From NCBI GenBank assembly GCA_964621025.1, contig CAZUKQ010000002.1, positions 35,292 to 99,291 on the forward strand: a stretch of 64,000 bases of DNA. Reading direction: 5' to 3'. Shown here in pieces: positions 1 to 8,830 of the stretch (positions are counted from its first letter, which is position 1; each line of letters starts with the position of its first letter). The position numbers and the translations under genes are program-made. The stretch comes from Candidatus Woesearchaeota archaeon. Lineage in GTDB: Archaea; Nanobdellota; Nanobdellia; Pacearchaeales; GW2011-AR1. The notes below the pieces were generated by a model. That model saw only the letters and a list, made by a program, of their open reading frames with translations. It was not told where the DNA came from and made no database searches.

Positions 1-608
1 AGAATTAAATAGGCTTCAGTTTTCTTTTTGTCGTCTAATTTCTTGATTTTTTCTGAAACATACTTTTGCGCTTTTTCCATACTGAATTCTGCTTTGTCTT
101 TTCCTTGTTCGGATAAATTCTTTGCTATGAATTCGCCTTGCTTACTCATATTAATTCTTTCAACAATTCTTCTTAATGCTTCTGGATCTCTTATTGTAGA
201 GGCGTAATAGCTTAGAATAGGATCATTCTTTATTTCTTGACCGTAAAGTTTACCCATTAATCCATAGTCTTTGTTTCTTAATGCTTGATCCATTAATTTA
301 ATCTCGTCAGAAGCTCCGTAAATTAATGAAAGATTAACTAGTTCGTCTTTTCCTAAACTTGAAACAACTCCATCGTAATTTTCTTGAACTGTTTTAACGA
401 GCTTTGATTCTTCATCTTTTTTTGCTATGTCTATCATTCCACCTAATTGCTCAGGAGTTATAATATCTACTAAGTGGCTTCTTCCAGTATTTGCTAAATA
501 TTTTGAGAATTGTGCATATGCTTGACTATACTCACTTGCTTGAGCTAATTGTTCAGTTTGTAAGCCGAAATATTTATCCCCTGATTTTAGTACATCTTCT
601 AATGCCAT
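1..608 (-). CDS. hypothetical helical protein, partial (runs off window start)
   Basis: Manual translation from ATG at 608: MALEDVLKSGDKYFGLQTEQ... open to the window edge; TTTATAAA-like box upstream; absent from the ORF track because it has no stop. Confidence 0.75.
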   Translation of the reverse strand, partial: MALEDVLKSGDKYFGLQTEQLAQASEYSQAYAQFSKYLANTGRSHLVDIITPEQLGGMIDIAKKDEESKLVKTVQENYDGVVSSLGKDELVNLSLIYGASDEIKLMDQALRNKDYGLMGKLYGQEIKNDPILSYYASTIRDPEALRRIVERINMSKQGEFIAKNLSEQGKDKAEFSMEKAQKYVSEKIKKLDDKKKTEAYLI

Positions 609-711
609 AATTATTGTATGTCAAAATAGTTTATAAACCTTTCGATATTGTTGTATCTTATAAGTGGTTACAAATAGTAAGATTTAAATAACTATGTTTA
701 TTCAAATTAGT

Positions 712-1992
712 ATGACTGATACTCAACAGAATTATAGGACTTACAAGCTACAAAATGGATTAGTTCTGGCTTTCCAAAATACGCCTACTAAAACTATTTC
801 TGCGAAGTTAAATGTAAATTATGGTGCTTTACATGAGAAAGAGGGAGAAGAGGGCATGGCTCATTTTTTAGAACATTGTTTAGTTACAGGGGGAAATAAA
901 AAATATAATCTTTCTCATGCAGATAGAATCAGAGGATCCTTTGGTTATGTAAATGCTCAAACAAACGTAGCTAGAACTTCTTTTTTAGGAGGGATGCTAA
1001 CTGAAGATCTTGAAAAATGGTTAGATTTTTTTTCACAGCAAGTTTTTAATCCGTTATTTGAAGAGAGCAGAGTAAATGGTGAGAGAGCAAGAGTTTTAAG
1101 AGAAATTGCAGATGATAGAAGTAGTTCCAGTTATTTTATAGCCGGAGAATTCGATAGGGCATTTTATAGAGAGCACCCAGCGGGAAAAAATGTTCTTGGA
1201 AAAGAAGAAGTAGTAATTTCTACAAAAATTGAAAAATTGAAAAAGTTTCATGAGAGAGGTTTTCATCCAAACAATATGGACCTCTTATTAGTAGGAGGAT
1301 TACCCGAAAATTTAGAACAAATAATTGAAAGATATTTTGCAATTTTGCCTGCTGGAGAGAATATGAGGGCCGTTTTTCCGCAATTACCTGATTTAACAGA
1401 AAAGATTATTTTGCATAGGTCTTTTAAGGATTTATTAAATAAAGAAAGAATTGAAAATAGTTCTGCTCAAATTGGAATAACTAGTATTGCCTGTTCAGAA
1501 AGTAATAAAGATACTTATGCTTTAGGGATATTGGCCCATGTTCTTGGAGGAGATGCTTCTTCTAGACTATTTCAAGTTTTAGGTTTAGAAAAGGGTTTGG
1601 CATATGATGCAGGTACTCGTTATAAGGGTAATCACAATGCCATGGCTATTCAAACTTACGCAAAAGTTCCTGCAGGAAGAATAGAAGAGGCAGTTTTAAC
1701 AATTTTTGAAGAAATGCAGAAATTGAAAACTGAAAAAATTGATGAGCCCTATATGGATCGAATTAAAAAACTTGTAGCTTATGGGGTTGCAAAAGAAGTT
1801 GATTCTAATGAAAATCTTTTAGTATCTTTAGAAAGTCAGTTAGCCGGGGGGAAAAGTCCTGAAGAAAAATTAGAAAGATATAATAAAGTTACTTCTGACG
1901 AAGTTTTAGAGGCAGCACAAAGATATTTACCTGACCGAGAAACTGGAAAATATATTCTATCAATAAAAGATCCTTTATTAAAATCAGATTAA
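712..1992 (+). CDS. M16 family zinc peptidase (insulinase-like)
   Basis: Inverted zinc motif HFLEH (HxxEH), GYVNAQT, C-terminal SSRLF..GLAY; start moved to 712 (TATA at 683). Confidence 0.92.
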   Translation: MTDTQQNYRTYKLQNGLVLAFQNTPTKTISAKLNVNYGALHEKEGEEGMAHFLEHCLVTGGNKKYNLSHADRIRGSFGYVNAQTNVARTSFLGGMLTEDLEKWLDFFSQQVFNPLFEESRVNGERARVLREIADDRSSSSYFIAGEFDRAFYREHPAGKNVLGKEEVVISTKIEKLKKFHERGFHPNNMDLLLVGGLPENLEQIIERYFAILPAGENMRAVFPQLPDLTEKIILHRSFKDLLNKERIENSSAQIGITSIACSESNKDTYALGILAHVLGGDASSRLFQVLGLEKGLAYDAGTRYKGNHNAMAIQTYAKVPAGRIEEAVLTIFEEMQKLKTEKIDEPYMDRIKKLVAYGVAKEVDSNENLLVSLESQLAGGKSPEEKLERYNKVTSDEVLEAAQRYLPDRETGKYILSIKDPLLKSD

Positions 1993-2007
1993 ACAAAAAC
2001 TAAAAAT

Positions 2008-2622
2008 TTATTTTTCTAAAGATTTTCTGAAAGGAGTTGTTTTCTTTTCGTGCTTTACTGCTGTAGAATGTTTTGCTGCTTTATTAGCTTGTTTCTGAGC
2101 TTGCTTTCCAGCTTCTTGTGTTGCTTTTTCTTTTTCATTCTCTTCAATTTTTTCTTCTACTGTTTCTTTAGCTTTGTGTTCGTGCTTAGGAGTTTCAACT
2201 GGAGTTGCATGTCTCTTTTTGTCTTTAGCCATCAAGAATTTTACATGGTCTGGAACATCAGCTAGTTCAGCGTAGACAATTCCGTCTCTTTTAACAGCTT
2301 TAACTTTGATAGATTTTGGAGGGTGTTTAATTCCTCTGAACCAAACTTCATTGTTAAGGTAAATGTTAACTCTAACTTTTCTTATGTCTCTGTTTTCAAC
2401 TTTCATGTGTTTAGCTAAGAAAATTTTGATTGTCTTTACAGCTTTTTTTGCTCTTCCGAACTTAGGCGATTTGATGAATTCTCTTCTTAAAGGAATTACA
2501 TATTCTCTTTCTAGTTCAACTTTAGCTTCTTTCTCTACATTTTTTGTCTCTTTAGCTACAGCTGGTTTTGATTTTTTAGTTTCCTCAACTTTCTCTTCTT
2601 GTTTGATTGTTTCGTCTACCAT
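2008..2622 (-). CDS. rpl31e: 50S ribosomal protein eL31 with Lys/Glu-rich extensions
   Basis: EREYVIPLR...RAKKAVK...LNNEVWFRGIKHPP; adjacent to eL39/eS19. Confidence 0.92.
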   Translation of the reverse strand: MVDETIKQEEKVEETKKSKPAVAKETKNVEKEAKVELEREYVIPLRREFIKSPKFGRAKKAVKTIKIFLAKHMKVENRDIRKVRVNIYLNNEVWFRGIKHPPKSIKVKAVKRDGIVYAELADVPDHVKFLMAKDKKRHATPVETPKHEHKAKETVEEKIEENEKEKATQEAGKQAQKQANKAAKHSTAVKHEKKTTPFRKSLEK

Positions 2623-2626
2623 ATTT

Positions 2627-2854
2627 TTAACCTAAGAAATTCTTTTTAATTCTCCTTGGTTTAATTTTTAACTTTCTAGTTCTCCAACTTCTCTTCACAT
2701 GAGTCATTGCAGAAGGATGTACTGATTTTCCTTTTCCGTATTTTTTCATAACTGCCCAGTATGGAGCCCACTTTGTTTGTTTACCAGCTTTCTCTAAATG
2801 TCTTTTCTTAGATTTTCTATTTCCTTGACCTCGCTTTCCACATAATCTTGTCAT
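2627..2854 (-). CDS. rpl39e: 50S ribosomal protein eL39
   Basis: Basic; KQTKWAPYWAV...KRSWRTRKLK; conserved eS19-eL39-eL31 order. Confidence 0.85.
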   Translation of the reverse strand: MTRLCGKRGQGNRKSKKRHLEKAGKQTKWAPYWAVMKKYGKGKSVHPSAMTHVKRSWRTRKLKIKPRRIKKNFLG

Positions 2855-3279
2855 TATTCTTTGTCTCCTAGTTTAATTGAATCTAAAAATTTTCTTCCTT
2901 TTTCTGTTAGTCTTCTTCCGTGTTGCATGTTTGTAACTTTTTCTACTAAGCCTGCTGCTTCACTTTGTTGAAGGATAACTCTAATCATTTTACCAGAAGC
3001 TTTCATGAATTTGTCTTTTCTTGCTCCTCTGTTTTTTCTGCTACCATATCTTGTTCTTAATTTTCCAACACCAACAACACCTTGGATGTAAAGTTGTCTT
3101 AAAACAGAAGCTGTTCTAACATACCAGAAGTCTGGGTCAGCAGGAACTCTTTCTTTTGAAACACCTGATTTTACTAAGCCTACCCATTCAGGTGCTTTCA
3201 ATTCTTTTACTCCTTTTAATGCTTCAGCTAGAGCAGCGTTAAATTGCTGTGGATCTTGTGTATGTACTATTCTTGCCAT
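2854..3279 (-). CDS. rps19e: 30S ribosomal protein eS19
   Basis: PEWVGLVKSG..KER.P..PDFWYVR.AS.LR, GRRLTEKGRKFLD. Confidence 0.95.
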   Translation of the reverse strand: MARIVHTQDPQQFNAALAEALKGVKELKAPEWVGLVKSGVSKERVPADPDFWYVRTASVLRQLYIQGVVGVGKLRTRYGSRKNRGARKDKFMKASGKMIRVILQQSEAAGLVEKVTNMQHGRRLTEKGRKFLDSIKLGDKE

Positions 3280-3342
3280 GTTTATGTTTTGGGCGCATCT
3301 TACGATGCTAAATTGTCAACTCTTGCGAGGACTCTTAACCTT
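3280..3342 (-). promoter_or_regulatory. structured 5' leader of rps19e (two GNRA hairpins)
   Basis: Minus strand GTC-CTC(GCAA)GAG-TT-GAC (3332-3315) and GCATC(GTAA)GATGC (3308-3295), downstream of TTTATAAA at 3370-3363. Confidence 0.55.
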
Positions 3343-3378
3343 GTATTATACTAGAATTTCGGTTTATAAAGGTTTTGA

Positions 3379-3714
3379 TTAAATTTCTATTAGGATTATG
3401 CTAACAACTCCTAGACAGATCCCTATTTTGTTCGTTAATGTCAAATTTTCATTGAAGTAAAGAACTCCGACTAAAACAACGACTATTAAATTGAGAATTG
3501 TTAGGAGAGATATTGCTTTTGAAAGGTCGCCGTATTTTATAGATAATGCCCAAAAGATTGTACCAAGTGTGTAAATTATAAATCCAATAATCAAAATTGC
3601 ACTTTTTCCATTTATACTCCATTTCTTGAAGAAAATGTCTCCCGTTATTTCTAAGGCAGTTGCTAAAATAATTAGTCCAAAGAAAATTAATTTGAGCATT
3701 GTTTCAGAGGCCAT
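3379..3714 (-). CDS. SMR/DMT family small membrane transporter
   Basis: 111 aa, 4 TM, Glu in TM1 (LEITGD), FNENLT..KIG motif. Confidence 0.8.
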   Translation of the reverse strand: MASETMLKLIFFGLIILATALEITGDIFFKKWSINGKSAILIIGFIIYTLGTIFWALSIKYGDLSKAISLLTILNLIVVVLVGVLYFNENLTLTNKIGICLGVVSIILIEI

Positions 3715-3774
3715 TTAAAGAATAACTTGTGGAGATTATTAAATGTTTTCAAATTCGCAAAATTTATAAAGGAA

Positions 3775-3792
3775 TGTTTACTATAGTAAACA
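3775..3792. promoter_or_regulatory. perfect 18-bp palindrome, putative operator of the isc-type operon
   Basis: TGTTTACTATAGTAAACA lies between TATA (3763) and ATG (3793). Confidence 0.65.
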
Positions 3793-4158
3793 ATGTACTC
3801 TCTACCTCAAGAAATCGAAGTCTGGTATATCATTCCGATGATAAGAAAAACTCTAGCGAAGCATCTGGTAGAGGATTACAAGTTGAGTTATGAAAAGACA
3901 GGTAACATTTTAGGAATCAGCAAGGCTGCGGTTTCTCAATACATGAATAATAAGAGAGCAAATAAAATAAAACTTTCTGCAGAAGTTCAAGCGGAAATAA
4001 AAAAATCCGCAAAAATTCTTCATGAAAATCCTCGAATGGCTGTGATGGAAATTGAAAGAATTTTAACCTTAATGAAAACTAAAAAATGTTCGTGTGATGT
4101 TTGCAAGAAATACAACAAAGACGTTTTGAATTATTGCAACTGCGAACCAAAATACTAA
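3793..4158 (+). CDS. archaeal HTH transcriptional regulator with Cys-rich C-terminus
   Basis: PQEIEVWYIIP.IR, HTH LGISKAAVSQY, tail CSCDVC..YCNC. Confidence 0.85.
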   Translation: MYSLPQEIEVWYIIPMIRKTLAKHLVEDYKLSYEKTGNILGISKAAVSQYMNNKRANKIKLSAEVQAEIKKSAKILHENPRMAVMEIERILTLMKTKKCSCDVCKKYNKDVLNYCNCEPKY

Positions 4159-5291
4159 TGAACAAAATTTATTTAGATAACGCGTCTACAACACCTATCA
4201 ATTCTAAAGTGTTGAAGGTCATGAATGATGTTTCTAGTAAATATTTTGCAAATCCCTCTTCACAACACACTCTCGGAAAAGAAGTTAGAGCTAAATTGGA
4301 AAAAGCAAGAGAAGAACTTGCGCATTTTATCGGAGCTGATGCGAGTGACATTTATTTTACATCTGGAGGAACAGAAAGTAATAATCTTGCGTTGAAAGGT
4401 TTAGCTTTGGCGAACCCGGATAAGAAACATATTATCACTTCTAAAATTGAACATCCTTGTATCTTGGAAAGTTGTATGGCCTTAGAAAAACAAGGTTACA
4501 AAATAACTTACATTGGTGTAAATTCCGAAGGATTAGTTAATTTGAAAGAATTAGAAAATAGTATTTCTGATAAAACTTTAGTTGTTTCTATTATGTTTGT
4601 AAATAATGAGATAGGTGTAATACAAGATATAAAAAAGATTTCTGAAATTTGTAAAAGGAAAGGAGTTTACTTTCACACCGACGCCGTTCAGGCTTTTGGA
4701 AAGTTAGATATTAAGGTAGACAATTTAGGTGTAGATTTACTTTCTGTTTCAGGGCACAAGATAAACGCACCAAAAGGAATTGGTTTTCTTTATGTTAGAA
4801 AAGGAACTCAGATTAGTTCTATTATGAATGGTGGCGGGCAAGAAAGAAGACTAAGAAGTGGAACCGAAAATGTTGTCGGAGCTATTGCAATGGCTGAAGC
4901 AATTAAAATAAAAAGAAATACTGAGAAAATAAAGAAATCTAGAGACAACATAATTTCTGTTTTGAAAGAAATTAAAAAAGTCAGTATAAATGGTTCTTTA
5001 ACTTCTAGAATTTACAATAACATCAATGTTTCTTTTTATGGAATAGAAGGAGAGAGTTTAATGCTTTTACTCGACGGAGATGGAATATTTGTCTCAACGG
5101 GTTCTGCTTGTAATTCTACAAAACTTGAAGAGAGTCATGTTTTGAAATCTATTGGAGTAGATGAAACTTACATAAATGGAAGTATAAGAATTACTTTGGA
5201 TGTTTTAACTAAGCAAGAAGAAGATTTTATAATCTCAAAAATAAATGAACATGTAAGCCGACTAAGACAAATTAGTCCTTTCAAAATTTAA
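4158..5291 (+). CDS. iscS: cysteine desulfurase (IscS/NifS)
   Basis: YLDNASTT, FTSGGTES, HTDAVQ, SGHK (PLP Lys), STGSAC; TAATG overlap with the regulator. Confidence 0.95.
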   Translation: MNKIYLDNASTTPINSKVLKVMNDVSSKYFANPSSQHTLGKEVRAKLEKAREELAHFIGADASDIYFTSGGTESNNLALKGLALANPDKKHIITSKIEHPCILESCMALEKQGYKITYIGVNSEGLVNLKELENSISDKTLVVSIMFVNNEIGVIQDIKKISEICKRKGVYFHTDAVQAFGKLDIKVDNLGVDLLSVSGHKINAPKGIGFLYVRKGTQISSIMNGGGQERRLRSGTENVVGAIAMAEAIKIKRNTEKIKKSRDNIISVLKEIKKVSINGSLTSRIYNNINVSFYGIEGESLMLLLDGDGIFVSTGSACNSTKLEESHVLKSIGVDETYINGSIRITLDVLTKQEEDFIISKINEHVSRLRQISPFKI

Positions 5292-5292
5292 A

Positions 5293-5535
5293 ATGAAAAA
5301 GAAAACTGTGAAGAAAATAAAGAAAGATATGACTTTTTATGAATTGATTGAGTCTAATCCTGATGCTGCTAGAAAGTTAGCTGAGCGAGGAATGTTCTGT
5401 GGTGGTTGCCCTATGGCGATGATGGAAACTGTTGAACAGGGCGCAATGGCTCATGGTGTCGATGTTGATGATTTAATGAGTGAGTTGAACGCTAAGAAAA
5501 AAGCAATTTCTAAGAAAAAAGATAGGAAAAAATAA
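5293..5535 (+). CDS. DUF1858-type redox disulfide domain protein
   Basis: GMFCGGCPMAMMETVEQGAMAHGVD. Confidence 0.85.
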   Translation: MKKKTVKKIKKDMTFYELIESNPDAARKLAERGMFCGGCPMAMMETVEQGAMAHGVDVDDLMSELNAKKKAISKKKDRKK

Positions 5536-6287
5536 TGGGAAATACAGATTATAACAAAAGCGTGTTGGAACATTTCAGAAATCCACAAAATATGGGGGAG
5601 ATAAAAAATCCTTCTGCTGTTGGGAAAGTTGGGAATCCAAAATGTGGAGATGTTATGCAAATTTATTTAGACATAAAAGATGAGAAAATTAAAAATATAA
5701 AATTTCAGACGATGGGTTGTGCTGCAGCAATAGCAACTTCGTCTATGTTAACTGTTTTGGCCAAAGGTAAAAGTTTGAAAGATGCTAAGAAAATCACAAA
5801 TCTTGATGTTGCAAAAGCTCTTGGAGATTTGCCGCCAATTAAAGTTCATTGTTCGAATTTGGCTGCCGATGCTTTGCAGGAAGCTATTAAGAATTACGAA
5901 AAAAAAGATAAAAAAGTTGAAACTAGTAAATATCGAACTTTTGTTTGTTCTTCTGGTAAAAAATTGATTGCAGGAAAAGATTCAAATCAGAATGATGAAG
6001 TTGTTGCAATGGCAAAACCAAACGACACACTTCTACATACTGCTGCGGCTGGAAGCCCCTTTTGTAACGTCGGTGAAAATTCAACTAAAGAAGAAATTAG
6101 CGAAGCTGCAATTTTCACGGCCTCAAAGAGTAAGGTCTGGAGAGATTCAAAGAAAGATGTTATAATGCACATATTTAAGAAGAAAGATGTTTACAAAGAT
6201 AAGACAATGAAGGAAGGAACTTGGGGCGTGAAAAAGTTCTATGAAATCAAAGTCAAGAAATCGGAGATAGAAAAATGCAAGCAATAA
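5535..6287 (+). CDS. iscU: IscU/NifU Fe-S scaffold fused to NFACT-R (DUF814) RNA-binding domain
   Basis: N-term HFRNPQN, NPKCGD, GCAAA, LPPIKVHC; C-term KYR.F..SSG..LIAGKD..QNDE..LLHT..AGSPF..EAA.FTA. Confidence 0.85.
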   Translation: MGNTDYNKSVLEHFRNPQNMGEIKNPSAVGKVGNPKCGDVMQIYLDIKDEKIKNIKFQTMGCAAAIATSSMLTVLAKGKSLKDAKKITNLDVAKALGDLPPIKVHCSNLAADALQEAIKNYEKKDKKVETSKYRTFVCSSGKKLIAGKDSNQNDEVVAMAKPNDTLLHTAAAGSPFCNVGENSTKEEISEAAIFTASKSKVWRDSKKDVIMHIFKKKDVYKDKTMKEGTWGVKKFYEIKVKKSEIEKCKQ

Positions 6288-6520
6288 AAAAATTACAAAT
6301 TGGAAAGAAAGGTCTTACTCCTGAGTTCGCTGAACAGTTGAGAAGAATTTTCGAGAATGAACAAATGTTGAAAGTTGCAATTCTGAAGTCGGCTTGTAGA
6401 GATAAAAAAGAAGCAACTAAGATGGCTGACGAACTTTTGGAAATGTTAGGAAGAAATTATACTTACAGATTAGTGGGTTATACTTTAACAATTAGAAAAT
6501 GGCGAAAGCCAATGAGATAA
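6275..6520 (+). CDS. YhbY/CRM RNA-binding protein
   Basis: LQIGKKGLT, LKVAILKS, LVGYTLTIRK. Confidence 0.8.
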   Translation: MQAIKKLQIGKKGLTPEFAEQLRRIFENEQMLKVAILKSACRDKKEATKMADELLEMLGRNYTYRLVGYTLTIRKWRKPMR

Positions 6521-6543
6521 TTCTTCAAGAATTTAAGTCATAA

Positions 6544-6732
6544 TTAGTTAGACACTTTGATTGCGTCAACTGGACAGGCAGATTCAGCATCTTTTTCGCA
6601 AGTCAATTTTTCAACTGTCTTTTTGACAGGTTCTGCTTTTCCGTCTTTCATCGTGAAAGATTTTGGACAGATTGCATTACAACTACCGCAACCGATGCAC
6701 TTCTTTTTGTCTACGCTTATTTTGAAAACCAT
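6544..6732 (-). CDS. ferredoxin (single cluster)
   Basis: CIGCGSCNAICP...CPVDAI. Confidence 0.92.
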   Translation of the reverse strand: MVFKISVDKKKCIGCGSCNAICPKSFTMKDGKAEPVKKTVEKLTCEKDAESACPVDAIKVSN

Positions 6733-6859
6733 TATTATACCTCTAATTATTTATAATAAATTGTTTTTATATAGTTTACTAAAAAGATTTATACCAATTC
6801 TTGGCACGAGAGATTTTAGTTGGAGATAAATTTAAATAGGTGTTTTAATTTAAGTAATT

Positions 6860-7411
6860 ATGAATTGGTTAATAATCACAATAGTTTTGATAGTAATCGT
6901 TGCTTTAGTTTTCTTTAGTTATTACAATAGATTTGTGACTTTGCGAAACAGAATCGAGAATTCTATGGCTCAAATTAACGTTCAATTGAAAAAGAGAGCG
7001 GATTTGGTTCCAAATCTATTGGAGTCGGTTAAAGGTTATATGAAACACGAGAAGGCAGTTATAACAGAAGTTACTAACGCAAGAAAAGAATTGGTTGGTG
7101 CTAAAACTTTAGGTAAGAAGATGGCTGCAGGTAACAAATTGCAAGCGGCATTAGGTTCAATCTTTGCTATCGCTGAAGGATACCCAAACTTAAAGGCAAA
7201 TGAGAATTTCTTACAATTGCAACAAGAGATGTCTGCTATTGAGGACAAAGTTGCTTATTCAAGACAATACTACAACGATAACATTATGACATTCAATACT
7301 ATGACTCAGACAATTCCAGGAATCTGGTTTGCTAAAATGTATGGCTTTGCAGGAAAAACTTATTTAGAAATTTCCGAAGCTGAAAAGAAGATGCCTCAAG
7401 TTAAATTTTAG
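6860..7411 (+). CDS. lemA: LemA family protein
   Basis: N-term TM, QLKKRADLVPNL, AEGYPNLKANENF, RQYYN. Confidence 0.95.
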   Translation: MNWLIITIVLIVIVALVFFSYYNRFVTLRNRIENSMAQINVQLKKRADLVPNLLESVKGYMKHEKAVITEVTNARKELVGAKTLGKKMAAGNKLQAALGSIFAIAEGYPNLKANENFLQLQQEMSAIEDKVAYSRQYYNDNIMTFNTMTQTIPGIWFAKMYGFAGKTYLEISEAEKKMPQVKF

Positions 7412-7534
7412 TCATATATTTTAATATATATTTTAGATTGACTATGTTTTAATAGTATGTATTGCGATGTATATCTTGTAGTATATAAGTTGATTTATGG
7501 GCTACTTTATAAATTCAAAAGAGTTTAGTTTATG

Positions 7535-7873
7535 ATGGTAGATTATGTCGATAAAGAGGGGTTTCCTTTAAGTAGCGAGTCTTTTTACAAAGTTTATCCC
7601 TATACTTCTCCACATATTTTTAATGGACTAACCTCTGATGGTCTCATGGCAAAATTTGCTAATTTTCAAGGAGAAGAAGATGTTTTAGTTCCTGAAAAAG
7701 TTGCAATTCATGTTAGAGTTTATGAACCTGAAGAACTTAAAGATTTTCTTGATAGTTTTCTTAAATCAATAGATAATTCTCAGGACCTTCAAAATACTCA
7801 AGAAATTACTAGGATGGGTAAGAGTTTGTGTAGTTTTATTAGAGAGTCTGGAAGGCATTGTAAACAGAGATAG
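7535..7873 (+). CDS. hypothetical protein
   Basis: ORF with own TATA (7506) 29 nt upstream of the second ATG. Confidence 0.6.
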   Translation: MVDYVDKEGFPLSSESFYKVYPYTSPHIFNGLTSDGLMAKFANFQGEEDVLVPEKVAIHVRVYEPEELKDFLDSFLKSIDNSQDLQNTQEITRMGKSLCSFIRESGRHCKQR

Positions 7874-7907
7874 ATACAAATAAAAACTAAATTTTCTTAT
7901 AAAAATT

Positions 7908-8798
7908 ATGGGTGAACGAATATCTTTTTACGAGGAAATAGCAAGGAACAAGAGAAGTTCGTACTTTTTGATTAGTGTAGTTTTCTTTGTTCTACTTTTG
8001 TTAGTTTATGTTATTGCGTTGATTGTAGGTGGAGATTATTTCTTTATGATTCTTTTCTTCGGAACAATCATCTCAATTATTTATGTTGTTGGAGGATATT
8101 ATAATTCAGATAAGCTGGCGCTTGCCTCTGTAAACGCTAAAGCAGCAGATGGAAGAGAATTTAAGCAATTTCACGATATAGTTGAAGGTTTATGTTTGGC
8201 GTCTGGTTTGCCTAAGCCCCGATTGTATATTATGGATGATGCGCAGATAAATGCTTTCGCTTCGGGAAGAGACCCTCAGCATGCAGTAATTTGTGTTACA
8301 AAAGGTTGCCTAGAGAAATTGAACAAACAAGAATTGGAAGGAGTTTTAGCTCACGAGTTAAGCCATATTGCTAATTATGATATTAAGTTTATGACTTTGA
8401 CGGCAGTTTTGGTTGGTATGATTTCGATGATTGCTCAAATATTTCTAAGAAGTTTGTTCTGGGGTTCGTTTGGAAATGATGATCGAGATGGAAGATCAAA
8501 AATAATTTTCTTTGTTGTAGGAATTGTTCTTGCAATTTTAGCTCCAATTGTCGTCGCTCTAGTTCAGTTGGCAATTTCACGAAAGAGAGAATATGCAGCT
8601 GACTCTTCGGCAGTGAAGTTTGTTAGAAGTCCAACTGGTTTAATTGGTGCTTTACAAAAGATAAAGTCTAATCAGCCTTCCAAAAGAGTTTCCGGAGCTG
8701 TTGCACCGTTGTTTATTGCTAAGCCAGGTAAAGAAAAAGAATTATTCCAGACACATCCTTCATTGGATAAGAGAATTGCTAAGTTGAAGCTGATGTAA
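7908..8798 (+). CDS. htpX: HtpX M48 membrane zinc protease
   Basis: NAFASG, AHELSH, SRKREYAAD, THP. Confidence 0.93.
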   Translation: MGERISFYEEIARNKRSSYFLISVVFFVLLLLVYVIALIVGGDYFFMILFFGTIISIIYVVGGYYNSDKLALASVNAKAADGREFKQFHDIVEGLCLASGLPKPRLYIMDDAQINAFASGRDPQHAVICVTKGCLEKLNKQELEGVLAHELSHIANYDIKFMTLTAVLVGMISMIAQIFLRSLFWGSFGNDDRDGRSKIIFFVVGIVLAILAPIVVALVQLAISRKREYAADSSAVKFVRSPTGLIGALQKIKSNQPSKRVSGAVAPLFIAKPGKEKELFQTHPSLDKRIAKLKLM

Positions 8799-8830
8799 AC
8801 CTTTTTAAATAAAAATCACTTTAATGAAAT

